Of a stretch of DNA of 64,000 nucleotides, positions 1-11,499 are shown one piece after another; position 1 is the first letter of the stretch, and each line of letters opens with the position of its first letter. The position numbers and the translations under genes are program-made. The DNA is from Octopus sinensis. Taxonomy: Eukaryota. The stretch lies in NCBI RefSeq assembly GCF_006345805.1, contig NC_043023.1:5208001-5272000 (forward strand). The letters are read 5' to 3'. The notes under the pieces are model-generated. The model saw only the letters and a list, made by a program, of their open reading frames with translations, was not told where the DNA came from and searched no databases.

Positions 1-584
1 ATTTAATTTGCCAAAATATTTTCATCGCTTTGAGGCTGCGACCTGATCACTGTCACTGATCACTGCAATTGTTTTTGTTTCAGCACACAATCTCAGATCA
101 GGTCACTTGCTATGCAAGTATATCTCTGTATATATATATATATATAATATAATTTGAAGGTTTGGAGATGATGTACAGGTATTTTATATTAGAAGAAATG
201 AGGTACTCAGAAATTCGGATGGTTTTATATTTACAAATATTTATTTGTATATTACATGTTTTTATAAATCATATATCATATATCATATATTAGTGCTGGT
301 GGAGTTTTCAAATTGAATTTGAAATTTGATATATATATATATATTTGATATATATATATATATATATATACACATATGATGGTCATCTTTCAGTTTCCAT
401 CAGCCAAATCCACCCAGAAAGCTTTAGAAGACACTAACAGAAGACACTTGACCAAGGTGCCACACAGTAGGACTGAACTCAGAGCCATGGGGTTGGGAAT
501 CAAGCTTCTTACCACACAACCATGCCTAAACTGTTACAGATGTAAGAATTATTGCTGATTATGATGATAGTGAGCTGCTGATGT

Positions 585-771
585 TTGTACCATGACCAAT
601 GTTTCACAGATGTGATATATATACACATGGTGATGATGATAGTTATGATGTTAGTGGTGGGGGTGATGATAGAAGGCACTACTACTACTGATTCTGACCA
701 CCACCACTACTACAACTACGGTTCAAAACATGATGAAGACAGTGATGCTGGGAGTAGTGTTAATGATATAA

Positions 772-825
<54 letters not shown>

Positions 826-1020
826 GCCACTACTACTACTACTACTACTACTACTGCCACTACTACTACTACTATACTACTACTACTACTACTACTACCA
901 CTAAAACCACCACCAAAGCCACCACCACCACCACCACCACCACCATTACCACCACCATCACAACTACTTATACTATTTGTACCACCTCTACTACAACATC
1001 TACTACTGCAACTACAGAAG
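585..1020. repeat. (TAC)n/(CAC)n trinucleotide low-complexity tract
   Basis: Direct reading: long tac and cac runs; poly-Y/poly-T ORF is an artefact. Confidence 0.95.
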
Positions 1021-1842
1021 CAAACAAGACCAATAGGTTATATATATATATATCTGCAAGATTCTTGATGTGAAATCGTGTGTTGAAACAGATATTGTTG
1101 TATTTAGACAAATACAACAATATATATATATATATGTGCGTGTGTGTGTGTGTATATATATATGTGTGAATATATATATATATGTGTGTGTATGTGTGTG
1201 TATATACATATATATATATGTTGTGTGTTAGTTATATATATATATATATTATATAATATATATATTAATAAAATACAAATGGGACAAGAACGCAAAACAT
1301 CCGGATAGTTAGGTGATACAAAAATAGGACAACAAAACATTCACATCGACGATACATATATATACATAAATTTATAAATGTTCTAAAATCTACACAGCCT
1401 TGGGTTTTTTTTTTATCTCACAAAAACTAAGTCCTGCGGTCAATTTATTCGACTAAAACCCTTCAAGACGGTGTTCCAGTATGGCCGCGGTCAAATGACC
1501 AAAACAAGTAAAAAAATAAAAGAATATATACGACAGGCTTTTTCAGTTTCCATCTGCCAAATCCACTCACAAGGCTTTGGTCAGTCCAAGGCTATAGAAG
1601 AAAACATTTGCCCAAGGTGCCATGCTGTGGAACAGAACCCAAAAACCATGTGATTGCAAGCAAGCTTCTTAACTACACAGCCTGCTGAACCAGTTCTCCT
1701 TTTTCTTTTTTATGGAGAATCTACAACTTCTCAGTTTGAGAACAATAGGGTGTTTGTGGCTATAAAGCAGTGGTTCTCAATCAGAGTTCATATGGCATTT
1801 GGGGAACCACAAGATTTTGTAGTAAAATTTCACAGCAATAAA

Positions 1843-2010
1843 TTGGCGTAGGAGTGTCTGTGTGGTAAGTAGCTTGCTTACGAACCGCATGGTTCCAGGT
1901 TCAGTTCCACAGCATGGCACCTTGGGCAAGTGTCTTCTATTATAGCCTTGGGCCGACCAAAGCCCTGTGAGTGGATTTGGTAAACGGAAACTGAAAGAAG
2001 CTCGTCGTAT
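1843..2010 (+). mobile_element. tRNA-derived SINE, family A (5' half)
   Basis: aggcgtaggagtg(g)ctgtgtggtaagtagcttgct...ggttcagttccac head (A/B-box-like), then ccttgggcaagtgtcttctattatagcc body; many copies in window. Confidence 0.85.
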
Positions 2011-2019
2011 ATATATGTG

Positions 2020-2063
<44 letters not shown>

Positions 2064-2129
2064 ATATGCTTATGTGTTAGTGTTATATTCGCTCAATGAT
2101 TGAAGGGTTCTCTTAAATAGGCTGGTTAT

Positions 2130-3093
2130 GCTGCATTGGCCTAGGCCACAGTTATGGTCTCACTTGGCTTGCTGGATCTTCTCAAGCATAGCATATCTCC
2201 AAAAGTCTCAGTCACTTGTCATCGCCTCTGTGAGGCCTGACCTTCAAAGTTTGTGCTTCACCACCTCATCCCAGGTCTTCCTGGGTCTACCTCTACCAGA
2301 AATTCCCTCTACTGCTAGGGTGTGATACTTTTTCATACAGCTGTACTCATTCATACGCAATACATGAACATACCAGCACAGTCATCTCTCTTGCACACCA
2401 CATCTGATGCTTCTTATGCCCAACTTTTCTCTCAGTGCACTTACACTCTGTCGTGTGTGCACACTGACATTATACATCTAGCAGAGCATACTAGCTTCAT
2501 TTCTTACAAGATTACGCATGTTCTCAGCAGTCCCAGCCCAGGTTTCGCTGCCATGTAGCATGGCTGTTTGCACACATGCATCATACAGACTACCTTTTAC
2601 TCCTAACCACCAGCAGAGGGAGGAGCTCTTTGAACTTTGCCCAGGCTATTATTATTCTAGCAGCTACACTCTCAGAGCATCCACCTCCACTACTGACTTG
2701 GTCACCTAGGTAATGGAAGCTATCAACTACTTGTAGTTTTTCCCCCTGGCATGTGACAGAAGCTGTTTTCTGCACACTTTTGATATTTATTGCCCCTGGC
2801 ATTTGCCAAACACAAAAAACTATCTTCCCAGTTAGCCTTCCTTTGATATTGCTGCACCTCTCATGTGTCCATAGCTTACACCAGGTACATCTTATGGAGT
2901 TTCTACCAATGCCTTTTCTACAGATCGAAGAGGGCCATCTACCTGAAGGGATTTGTGATTTGTCTGCCTTCCTACTTATTAAGACTTTGGTTTTTGCTAG
3001 ATCGACTCTAAGGCCTTTCGATTCTAGACCTTGCTTTCACACCTGAAACTTCTCCTCTAGCTCTGATAGGCACTCATCTATTAGAGCAAGATC

Positions 3094-3095
<2 letters not shown>
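2130..3095 (-). mobile_element. RTE-clade LINE fragment (RT C-terminal part + 3' region), degenerate
   Basis: Minus ORF 2590-2802 QGEKLQVVDSFHYLGDQVSSGGGCSESVAARI; same family as 49440-51700; 5' truncated at a (TA)n tract. Confidence 0.9.
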
Positions 3096-3153
<58 letters not shown>

Positions 3154-3322
3154 CGTAAGGGGTATTAGCCATCTGAATGTGGCTAGCCACTGGTGGGGTG
3201 GGGTGTTACTGATGCTTTTAGCCCCAGGTGATCAACGTCACCAGAAGGACTTTAGACACTATCTCAGTGCCCTTGTATTACTTGCAAAGGGAGGTCATCC
3301 TCCCTCGAAGACCCGAGTACTA

Positions 3323-3367
3323 CATACGGACTATAGTTTCAAGGTAATTGCCTCTCGTCAACGCATG
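3323..3367 (-). ncRNA. Minimal type-I hammerhead ribozyme (C3U core variant), copy 1
   Basis: Minus: catgcg UUGACGA gagg-caatta-cctt GAAA c-tata-g UC|cgtatg; stem I catgcg/cgtatg, palindromic helix III ACTATAGT, GUC site between 3329/3328. Confidence 0.75.
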
Positions 3368-3679
3368 GTAAGCACCGGTCTTCGATGAAGGAGTCCCCCT
3401 GCAAGTAATATATAATGTTTTTCACAGTAACCACTGTCACTGATGTAGAAAAACTGTCTGAAAACAATAATAAATCTCTGAACGAGATATAAACAGTAAC
3501 CGCTCGACAATGTAAGGGGTATTAGCCATCTGAATGTGGCTAGCCACTGGGGGGGGGGGGTGTTACTGATGCTTTTAGCCCCAGGCGATCAACGTCACCA
3601 GAAGGACTTTAGACACTATCTCAGTGCCCTTGTGTTACTTGCAAAGGGAGGTCATCCTCCCTCGAAGACCCAAGTACTA

Positions 3680-3724
3680 CATACGGACTATAGTTTCAAG
3701 GTAATTGCCTCTCGTCAACGCATG
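3680..3724 (-). ncRNA. Minimal type-I hammerhead ribozyme, copy 2
   Basis: Identical motif to copy 1; GUC site between 3686/3685. Confidence 0.75.
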
Positions 3725-3779
3725 GTAAGCACCGTCTTCGATGAAGGAGTCCCCCTGCAAGTAATATATAATATATATA

Positions 3780-3818
<39 letters not shown>

Positions 3819-4083
3819 AGTTTGTGTGTTGAAGCATATTCTGTTGTGTCTGGGAAGAGTCATTCTCTCTTAGTGCCTTATAATTTAACACACTCACCAG
3901 TAAAATTTTCACTCATTTACTTATTTATTTTTCAGAAATTTTCTAAAATTTTTGTTGTCTTGCAACCTTTTATTTATAAGAGATGGTGTTGTGGATTTCC
4001 ACTTCGGCATCTGAAACTCAGAGTTTTATCTTGACTACCGAGTAATGTAACATATTATTGTATAGATATGTATATATATATAT

Positions 4084-4289
4084 ATATTTCAAAGTAGAAA
4101 ATTACTCTTTAACAGGTAATTTTTACATGCTAGAAATAGCACGGCCAAAAACCACAATTTAATAGCAAATTTCAAAGTAGATGAAAAATAAAAACCTTTA
4201 CTTCACATTTGTGGTTTTTGGCTGTGTTGGCTGCTATTTCTAGCATGTAAAAATTACCTGTTAAAGGGTAATTTTCTACTTTGAAATAT
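4084..4289. repeat. Fold-back element (~75-80 bp inverted arms)
   Basis: 4084-4157 is the reverse complement of 4209-4289 with a small indel; begins in (TA)n. Confidence 0.9.
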
Positions 4290-4363
4290 GAATATGTTGT
4301 CTATTGACTTTTTATACATGCTGGACCACTGGTGGTGATATTTATAATGAATATTCGCCACCC

Positions 4364-4422
<59 letters not shown>

Positions 4423-4423
<1 letters not shown>

Positions 4424-6845
4424 ACGGGAAGCTTTATGAAAATAAACAAAAGACGAAGGCAGGTGGAAAACAAACGAACAATTGTATTAGTATGGCGCTC
4501 AGGAAATATAAATAAAAAAAGTCTTTAACGTTTCGAGCCTACGCTCTTCAACAGAAAGATACACAGAGAGAGAAAAACACAGAAAGAAGGAGAGAAAAAA
4601 ATGCGTGCAGTAGCTAACGAATCAACATGGCGATCTGATTTCGGCCAGAGGTCAAAGATCAAACATGAGACGCGAGAGCAAAATAAGGGGAGATAATAGG
4701 GTTGATAAAAGGGTTGAGGGACCAGCTAAAAGTGCGTAGGAGGGGTCTGGATGTGTGTATGTATAGGGTTGGTGTATGTATTAGTATGTATAAGGGTGTG
4801 TGTGTGGTGTGTGTATGAGAGAGTATTAGTGCGTAGGATTGGTCTGGACGTGCGTATGTATGGGGTTGGTGTATGTATTAGTATGTATTAGTACGTATTG
4901 GTATGTATAAGTGTGTGTGTGTGTGTGTATGAGAGAGTATAAGTGCGTATGCGGGGTCTGGACGTGTGTATGTATAGGGTTGGTGTATGTATTAGTATGT
5001 ACTAGTATGTATTAGTACGTATTAGTATGTATTAGTTGGTGTGTGTATTAGTATGGCACATCATATGTGATGTGATGTGTAAAGTCATGTGGTGTAGTGA
5101 GGAGAAGAGGGAGGGGGAGAAGAGGGGGAGGAGGGGGCAAGAGGAGAGGATGGGGGAGGAGGGGGATGAAGGAGGAAAGTGGGAGAGGGGGAAGAGAAGG
5201 GGAGAGAGGGAGTGAGGGAGCAGAGGGAAGAGGAAGAGGGAGGGAGAAAGAGGGAAGAAGGGAAGGGGAGTAGGCGGTGAAAGGATGAAGGACTGAAGAA
5301 GTAGGGGTCGGGGGGAAAGGATAGGTGAGGAGGGGGAGAGGGGGGTTAGATGAGGAGGGGGGAGAGTTGAGAGAAACCAAATGGCGTATAAGAGCGAAGA
5401 GAGAAGATTAATTCCTGTTCACGGCGCAAACGGGAATCCGGATGGCCTCTGTGTAAGGACAAACCGAACACAGATAGGTGTTGCAAGGAGTGACCGGTGG
5501 AGCGGAAATGGCGTGAGACCGGTGTGTCGTTCGCAAGGTGGATGTCACGAAGGTGTTCCGCGAACCAGTCAGCCAAGCGGCGTCCCCGTTTGTCCGATGT
5601 ACAAGGAATTGCAGAGAGAGCAAGAGATGCAATAGATAATATTGCTGGAGGTGCAGGTGAGGAGTGGATGATGGGGATAGGGTCGATGGTGGGTGCTAGT
5701 GAGGCGGGTGGTGTTGGAGAGGTAAGGGCAATGCGGCAACGTGGGCGGGAGCAGGGGAACGAGCCGGTTGGGAGGTAGGGTCAGGGAAGGAGCTATGGAC
5801 CAAAAGGTCTCGAAGGTTGTGGGCTCGTTTGAAAGAGGGGAGGGGTCGGTTAGGGAAGAGGTGTGAAGTGGACGGGTCGCGGACTGGAGATGACGGAAAG
5901 CTCGAAGAATGGTGCGTTGGAGACGTAGGGTCGTGGGGTGGTAAGTGAGGGGAAAAGGGAGGCGGGAGACTACAGGGCGGGTTCGGGGAGAGAGAGCAGA
6001 TACACATACACGGTCCACGGACCGTGCTCTGGCAAGGGCGGTGTGGATAGTGGTGAGGGGTGTCCCACGTAGGGTGAAGTGGTGAGCCATACGTTGAGAC
6101 TGAGTCTCAAAGTCATGGTCGTCACTACAGAGCCTACGTAGACGGAGGATTGGGAATAGGGGATGGAAAGCTTGGTGTGTTCTGGGTGGGAGGAAGAGAA
6201 GTTGAGGTATGAGTGTGAGTCTGTGTGTTTGTAGTGAATGGAGGTGGTAAGAGTGGAGTGAAGAATGCTAACCGAAATGTCAGAGGTGTTGGAGATAGTG
6301 GAAGTGAGGTGGAGGGCTGGATGGAAAGATTGGACGAAAGAGAGGAAGGAATCTAGATGTTCGTGGGAGAGTGAGGGTGGCACCGATAATGTCGTCAATG
6401 TAACGACCATATAGTTCAGGAGTGGGACCAGTGAAATTAGAGAATATTTGGGCCTCAACATAGCCAACGAACAGGTTCGCATAGTTGGGGCCCATTCGCG
6501 TTCCCATGGCCACTCCCGAGACCTGATGGTAGAACTCGCCCGCGAACGAGAAGCAGTTCAGAGTAAGGACAAGTTCGGCCAGACGAATGAGTGTGGAGGT
6601 GTCAGGTACAGGGTTAGAGCGGAGGTCAAGAAAGTGTCGAAGGGCCTGCAGTCCTTCGTGGTGAGGGATAACAGTATAGAGGCTTTGGATGTCCATAGTA
6701 AAAAGGATTTTGGAGGCGGAGCCGGGAGGAAAGGAGAAAGAGTTGAAAAGCCGGAGAGCATGGTTGGTATCGTGGATGTGGGAGGGAAGAGATGCCACTA
6801 GGGGGGCAAGGACACGGTCGAGGTATTTAGAGATGAGCTCCGTGA
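4423..6845 (-). mobile_element. Penelope-like element (PLE): 5'-truncated RT + GIY-YIG endonuclease, 3' region and pseudo-LTR
   Basis: RT motifs FTMDIQSLYT, GVAMGTRMGPNYANLF, RYIDD; thumb YKHTDSHSYLNFSSSHP; EN NIIYCISCSLCNSLYIGQTG...FAEHLRDI...RREQELIFSL; frameshifted over four ORFs; both ends in (TA)n. Confidence 0.95.
4730..5050. repeat. ~100-bp GT-rich minisatellite (about 3 units) in the PLE 3' region
   Basis: Repeated gtgcgtagg...gtctggacgtgtgtatgtatagggttggtgtatgtattagtatg. Confidence 0.7.
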
Positions 6846-7039
6846 TATATATATATGTATGAAGAAACTCATATCTTTATTATAGATTATAAAAATCCAA
6901 CAATTGTTTCAATTGCATTAACATATATATATATATATAATATATATATAATATATATATATAATATAATATAATATATATAATATATATGCATATATCC
7001 ATACAGATATGTACATACCTACATATATATGTATATATA

Positions 7040-7640
7040 CATGCATATATGGATACAAGACATCAAAAAAACATGGACAGAATGAGAAACGAGAACATAA
7101 AAGCAAAAACAGAAAATGAACTTTTTTCGAACAACGAAGAAAACAAACAAACAGATATTCAACATAAAGAACTTTCCCTTCATCAGTTGTCCTCTGTTTT
7201 ATCTACTCCGCGTTTCGAAGGTAGGGACATGATGCGACTTCATTAAAACAGTCCTTCCCGCAAAGCAAATTAAATAAAATTTGGGATTTTTTGCGGAGGG
7301 TGAAAGTGGTAACAAAAACAGGACATGAGAACAAAACAGTAAAAACAAATGGTGAGGGCTGTTAAGCGAAGTGAAGTGATGAACGCTGGAAAAACAAGCT
7401 TTGAGAAGAGACAGATAAAAGCATGTATTGTCTTTAGGAAGGAAGTGGAAGAAAGAGAGAATGGCTGTTGGTCACGTGTGAGCAATGAGAGAGTCAAGGA
7501 GGATGAGTGAGAGAGAGAGAGGGGGAATGGTGAAAGGGAGAGGAGAAGAATAGGGAAAGGATGGGAGAGAAAAACAGAAAAGAAGAAGAGAGGGAGACAG
7601 ACAGACAGAAAAGAGATAGAATAAGAGTGTGCATCGTAAT
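7040..7640 (-). mobile_element. PLE pseudo-LTR-like fragment
   Basis: TA-flanked purine-rich repeat with separated ctgatga / cgaaacgcg remnants on minus; resembles other PLE 3' regions here. Confidence 0.45.
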
Positions 7641-7776
7641 TATTAAGATAAATGTTCACCACACATACACACACACATAATATTATTAAAATTAATAATA
7701 TGTATGAAAATTTATGTCAACACAACATTATCAAGGTAATCCAAATTGGTGAAATTCTAACTGAACATTGGTATAG

Positions 7777-7829
<53 letters not shown>

Positions 7830-8113
7830 CTAAACGTTTCCTAAACGTTTAGTAATATTGAACTCTAATTGGATGGAGTACTCTTTGTATTGATTTTAAC
7901 GCAGTTAATTTCTTATATATACCTCTGGTGTGTCTCTGTGTGTGAATATATATATATATATATATACTACTAATATATGATGAAGTTTTTTTACAGAAAA
8001 AAATTCCATCAAAAAATGTGGCAGCATATCAAAATACCTTTACGGTTAAAATTATAAACAACTTATAAATAAGGGCTAAAGAAAATTATTTCAATGCCAA
8101 TATATATATATAT

Positions 8114-9092
8114 ATACAAATAATAAGAGAGAGTCCACCATGTGGTCACTCTAATGCTAGATATAGATCCGCAAAGGGAATCCACCACTAAAGAATTGTT
8201 CTCAAGAATTAATTCAACACGCCAAGAATGTAAGCGAGCAGGACAAATGAAAAATAACGAAAGAATAGATTAACTCTATACAATTGCTTCATCGTTAATA
8301 GATTATGTAGTTTTACTTACATAAGTATTTTTGAATCGTCAGTAGAGTATATCAGAAATATAATTTGCTGAACCGAACGGCAAAATCCACACGAAGCCGA
8401 ACAAAGACGAACGGTACAGCCGATTATATTCGCAGTTACGTTCAAATGCCCTTATTTTTGTATTAATAATTTTTACTGTATCCCAGTCTTTTTATACGCT
8501 AGGCCACTTGGTGTTTTGAATTGATGTTATTAATTAATATTCAATTTTTTTCACCCTTATTGTGATTTTAATTATAAATTATGTTCTCAAACCGGCAGTA
8601 AATTACTGGGGTAGTATTCACATCCGGGGATTTAACACGCCAGAATGAGGGCATTTGAACATAATATAATTGGCTGTACCGTTTGTCTTTGTTTGGCTTC
8701 GTGTGGATTTTGCCGTTCGGTTCAGAAAATTATATTTCTAATATACTCTGCTGACGATTCGAAAATACTTATGTAAGTAAAACTACATAACCTATTAACG
8801 ATGAAGCAATTGTATAGAGTTAATCTATTCTTTCGTTATTTTTCATTTGTCCTGCTCGCTTATGTTCTTGGCATGTTGAATTAATTCTTGAGAACAATTC
8901 TTTAGTTGTGGATTTCCTTTGCGGATCTATATCTAGCGTTAGAGTGACCACATGGTGGACTCTCTCTTATTATTTGTATTAATAATTTTTACTGTATCCC
9001 AGTCTTTTTATACGCTAGGCCACTTGGTGTTTTGAATTGATGTTATTAATTAATATTCAATTTTTTTCACCCTTATTGTGATTTTAATTATA
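8114..9092. repeat. Inverted (~335 bp) plus direct (~120 bp) repeat element, TA-flanked
   Basis: 8114-8453 = revcomp of 8646-8979; 8457-8576 repeated directly at 8973-9092. Confidence 0.9.
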
Positions 9093-9104
9093 TATATATA
9101 TATT

Positions 9105-9420
9105 TTTAAGCTCCAGCTCAGAGCTGTGGCCATACTGATGCACCGCTGTTTTGTGCTACACTGTTATTACAAAGAGCCTCCTCTAATATGTGGCACTTGG
9201 TGAAGAATGGCGTTTGATATAGCTACCCTCATTTGCACCATTTGCCGTGAGGTAGGCTCATCTGGGACTCTTGACAGGAAGATGTCCATCTTTAATTTAA
9301 AAACTCCATCTACTTTGTGCAAGTTCCTCACAAAGTTCCTTTGTGTTAAATCCTCCATCTTTCTTTCCTTTCCTGAGCGTCCAATATACTATACTTGTAC
9401 CATGTCCTAGCGTTGTTGTG
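9105..9420 (-). mobile_element. Non-LTR retrotransposon (CR1/L2-group-like) ORF2 C-terminus and 3' end
   Basis: Minus ORF RNLHKVDGVFKLKMDIFLSRVPDEP resembles the FKxxLDxFLxxxPDEP ending of CR1/L2-type ORF2. Confidence 0.6.
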
Positions 9421-9448
9421 TTTTTGCTTTGTGCTTTCATGTTTGGAT

Positions 9449-9512
<64 letters not shown>

Positions 9513-9632
9513 ATAATGTATGTTAATGCAATTGAAACAATTGTTGAATTTTTAAGGTGTGATCTATAATAAAGATATGATTTCTTCATACATATTATTG
9601 GTTGTTTTATATATGTATATATTATATATAAA

Positions 9633-10600
9633 AAATACAAAATGGGACAAGAATGCAAAACATCCAGATAGTTAGGTGATACAAAAAAAAGGACAACAAA
9701 ACATCCAGATACACGATGGATGTTTCACATTCTTGTCCTATTTTGTATTTTTTATATATAAAACATATACCAGTGTACATACACTTTGGTCTCATATATA
9801 TATATATATATATGAGAACATCCATCTGAAGAGCCATAAAAAGAGAAGGGCTAGACATACAACTAGCCCACTTTGGCCCCTCTCTGAGAAGACACCTCGC
9901 AAAGAAACAAATAAGGGACAACAATCAATGCACACTAACAAACTGTCCCATCCGTGACACAGATTTATGCCAACGGGTTAATGTTGTGTATAGAATACAA
10001 TGTAACAAATGCAACAAGTTCTATGTGGGTAAGCACAACAAGACCATTACACATCTGCATCAAAGAATATCTGAACACGAGAGCTTCCTCCTTCAGAAAA
10101 CATCTAGACAGATGCTGGAACACCGACAAAAGCAAAACAGTCACGATTGAGGCCAATGAAAGAAATATGGGTAATTTAAGAATTAAGGAAGCTATACTCA
10201 TACACAGACTTGGGCCCCGAATTAACAACAGGCTGGAGGTTGGTAATCAATACATTATTTAGATACATCTGGATGTGTGTAGGTTCATTTTTGATAATAT
10301 GCTCATCTGTAGTTTATAACAAAAAAAAAAGAAGAGAAGAGAAAATAAGAAGGGGAAAAAAAGGAAGCTGCACGTATAATATGTAACTTAGAAGCAGTGC
10401 TACAGATGTACCAGCACACACGAGACTGAGACATAGCCGACCTCACACACTTCTCATGAAGAATTCTGGAAGGAGCTTTGTGAGACCACTGCTGAAACGC
10501 TTCCAAAAGAAAAAAAAAAAAGAAAAGCTGTTGGAAAACTGATTATAGCAGCCATCTCATCTAAGAATATCTGAAGAACGAATATTATTCCAAAATATCA
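9633..10600 (+). mobile_element. Second PLE family: 5' inverted hairpin + GIY-YIG endonuclease fragment + 3' region
   Basis: From 9929: CTLTNCPIRDTDLCQRVNVVYRIQCNKCNKFYVG, frameshift to STTRPLHICIKEYL...LRIKEAILIHRLGPRINNR; hairpin 9633-9750. Confidence 0.8.
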
Positions 10601-10619
10601 TATCAGACTACAATATCAT

Positions 10620-10935
10620 ATCATCATCATCATCATCATCATCATCGTTTAACGTCTGTTCTCCATGCTAGCATGGGTTGGATGGTTCGACCGGGGATCT
10701 GGGAAGCCAGAAGGCTGCACCAGGCTCCAGTCTGATCTGGCAGTGTTTCTAAAGCTGGATGCCCTTCCTAATGCCAACCACTCTGTGAGTGCAGTGGGTG
10801 CATTTTATTGGCCACTGGCACAGATGTCAGGTGTGACTGGCAACGGCCATGATTGGATTGGTGTTTTTTACATGCCACCGGCACGGAAGCCAGTCAAGGC
10901 TGCGCTGACATCGGCCACGTTTGGATGGTGCTTGT
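10620..10935 (-). mobile_element. RTE LINE 3' UTR/tail fragment
   Basis: (cat)n tail + tttaacgtctgttctccatgctagcatgggttgg...ggatgcccttcctaatgccaaccac; repeated at 39800-39970, 45475, 53450. Confidence 0.85.
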
Positions 10936-11499
10936 AACAGGTATATAGCTGATTGTCAGTATTATAGTGCATTGTTATACTATTCAAAACTTTTTTATTC
11001 TTTATATATATATACACACATACACATGACAGGCTTCCTTCAGTTTCCATCTCAAAAGGCTTTGGTCAGCCTGAGGCTATAGTAGAAGACATTTGCCCAA
11101 AATGGTGCACAGTGGGACTGAACCTGGAACCATATGGCTGGAAAGCAAGCTACTTACTACACAGCCACACCTGCACATGTTTTGTTTCATTGTGCGAAAT
11201 AGAAATTTATTTAATGATTTATTATTGTTTATATTTTGAATTACATAAATATGGGGTCACCAAACTCTTGTAAGTGCTTAGGGCCTCAATCTGGCCCTAC
11301 ATGTAAGTGAAACTGGGTCAATGGAAATTGTGTAGAAGCTTTTCAGGTGAGTTGTACTTGTAATTCAAAAGGCAGAGAGCCTTGTCACACCTTGTGTCAT
11401 GCTAATTTATTCCACCTGTTAGTTATATTAAGGGCACATTGCTTGTGGAATACTCAGCCACTTGCATACTAATTCAATGAGCAGATACTTCATTACCAT

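Larger units (their letters stand above)
3152..3772 (-). mobile_element. Tandem 357-bp unit (~1.7 copies) carrying hammerhead ribozymes; retrozyme / Penelope pLTR-like
   Basis: 3152-3416 repeated at 3509-3772 with 357-bp offset; (TA)n on both sides; multiple internal hairpins. Confidence 0.8.

Noticed and set aside
8745-8790. Hammerhead at ctgacgattcgaaa
   Set aside because: Only 3 nt between core halves; stems I and III do not form
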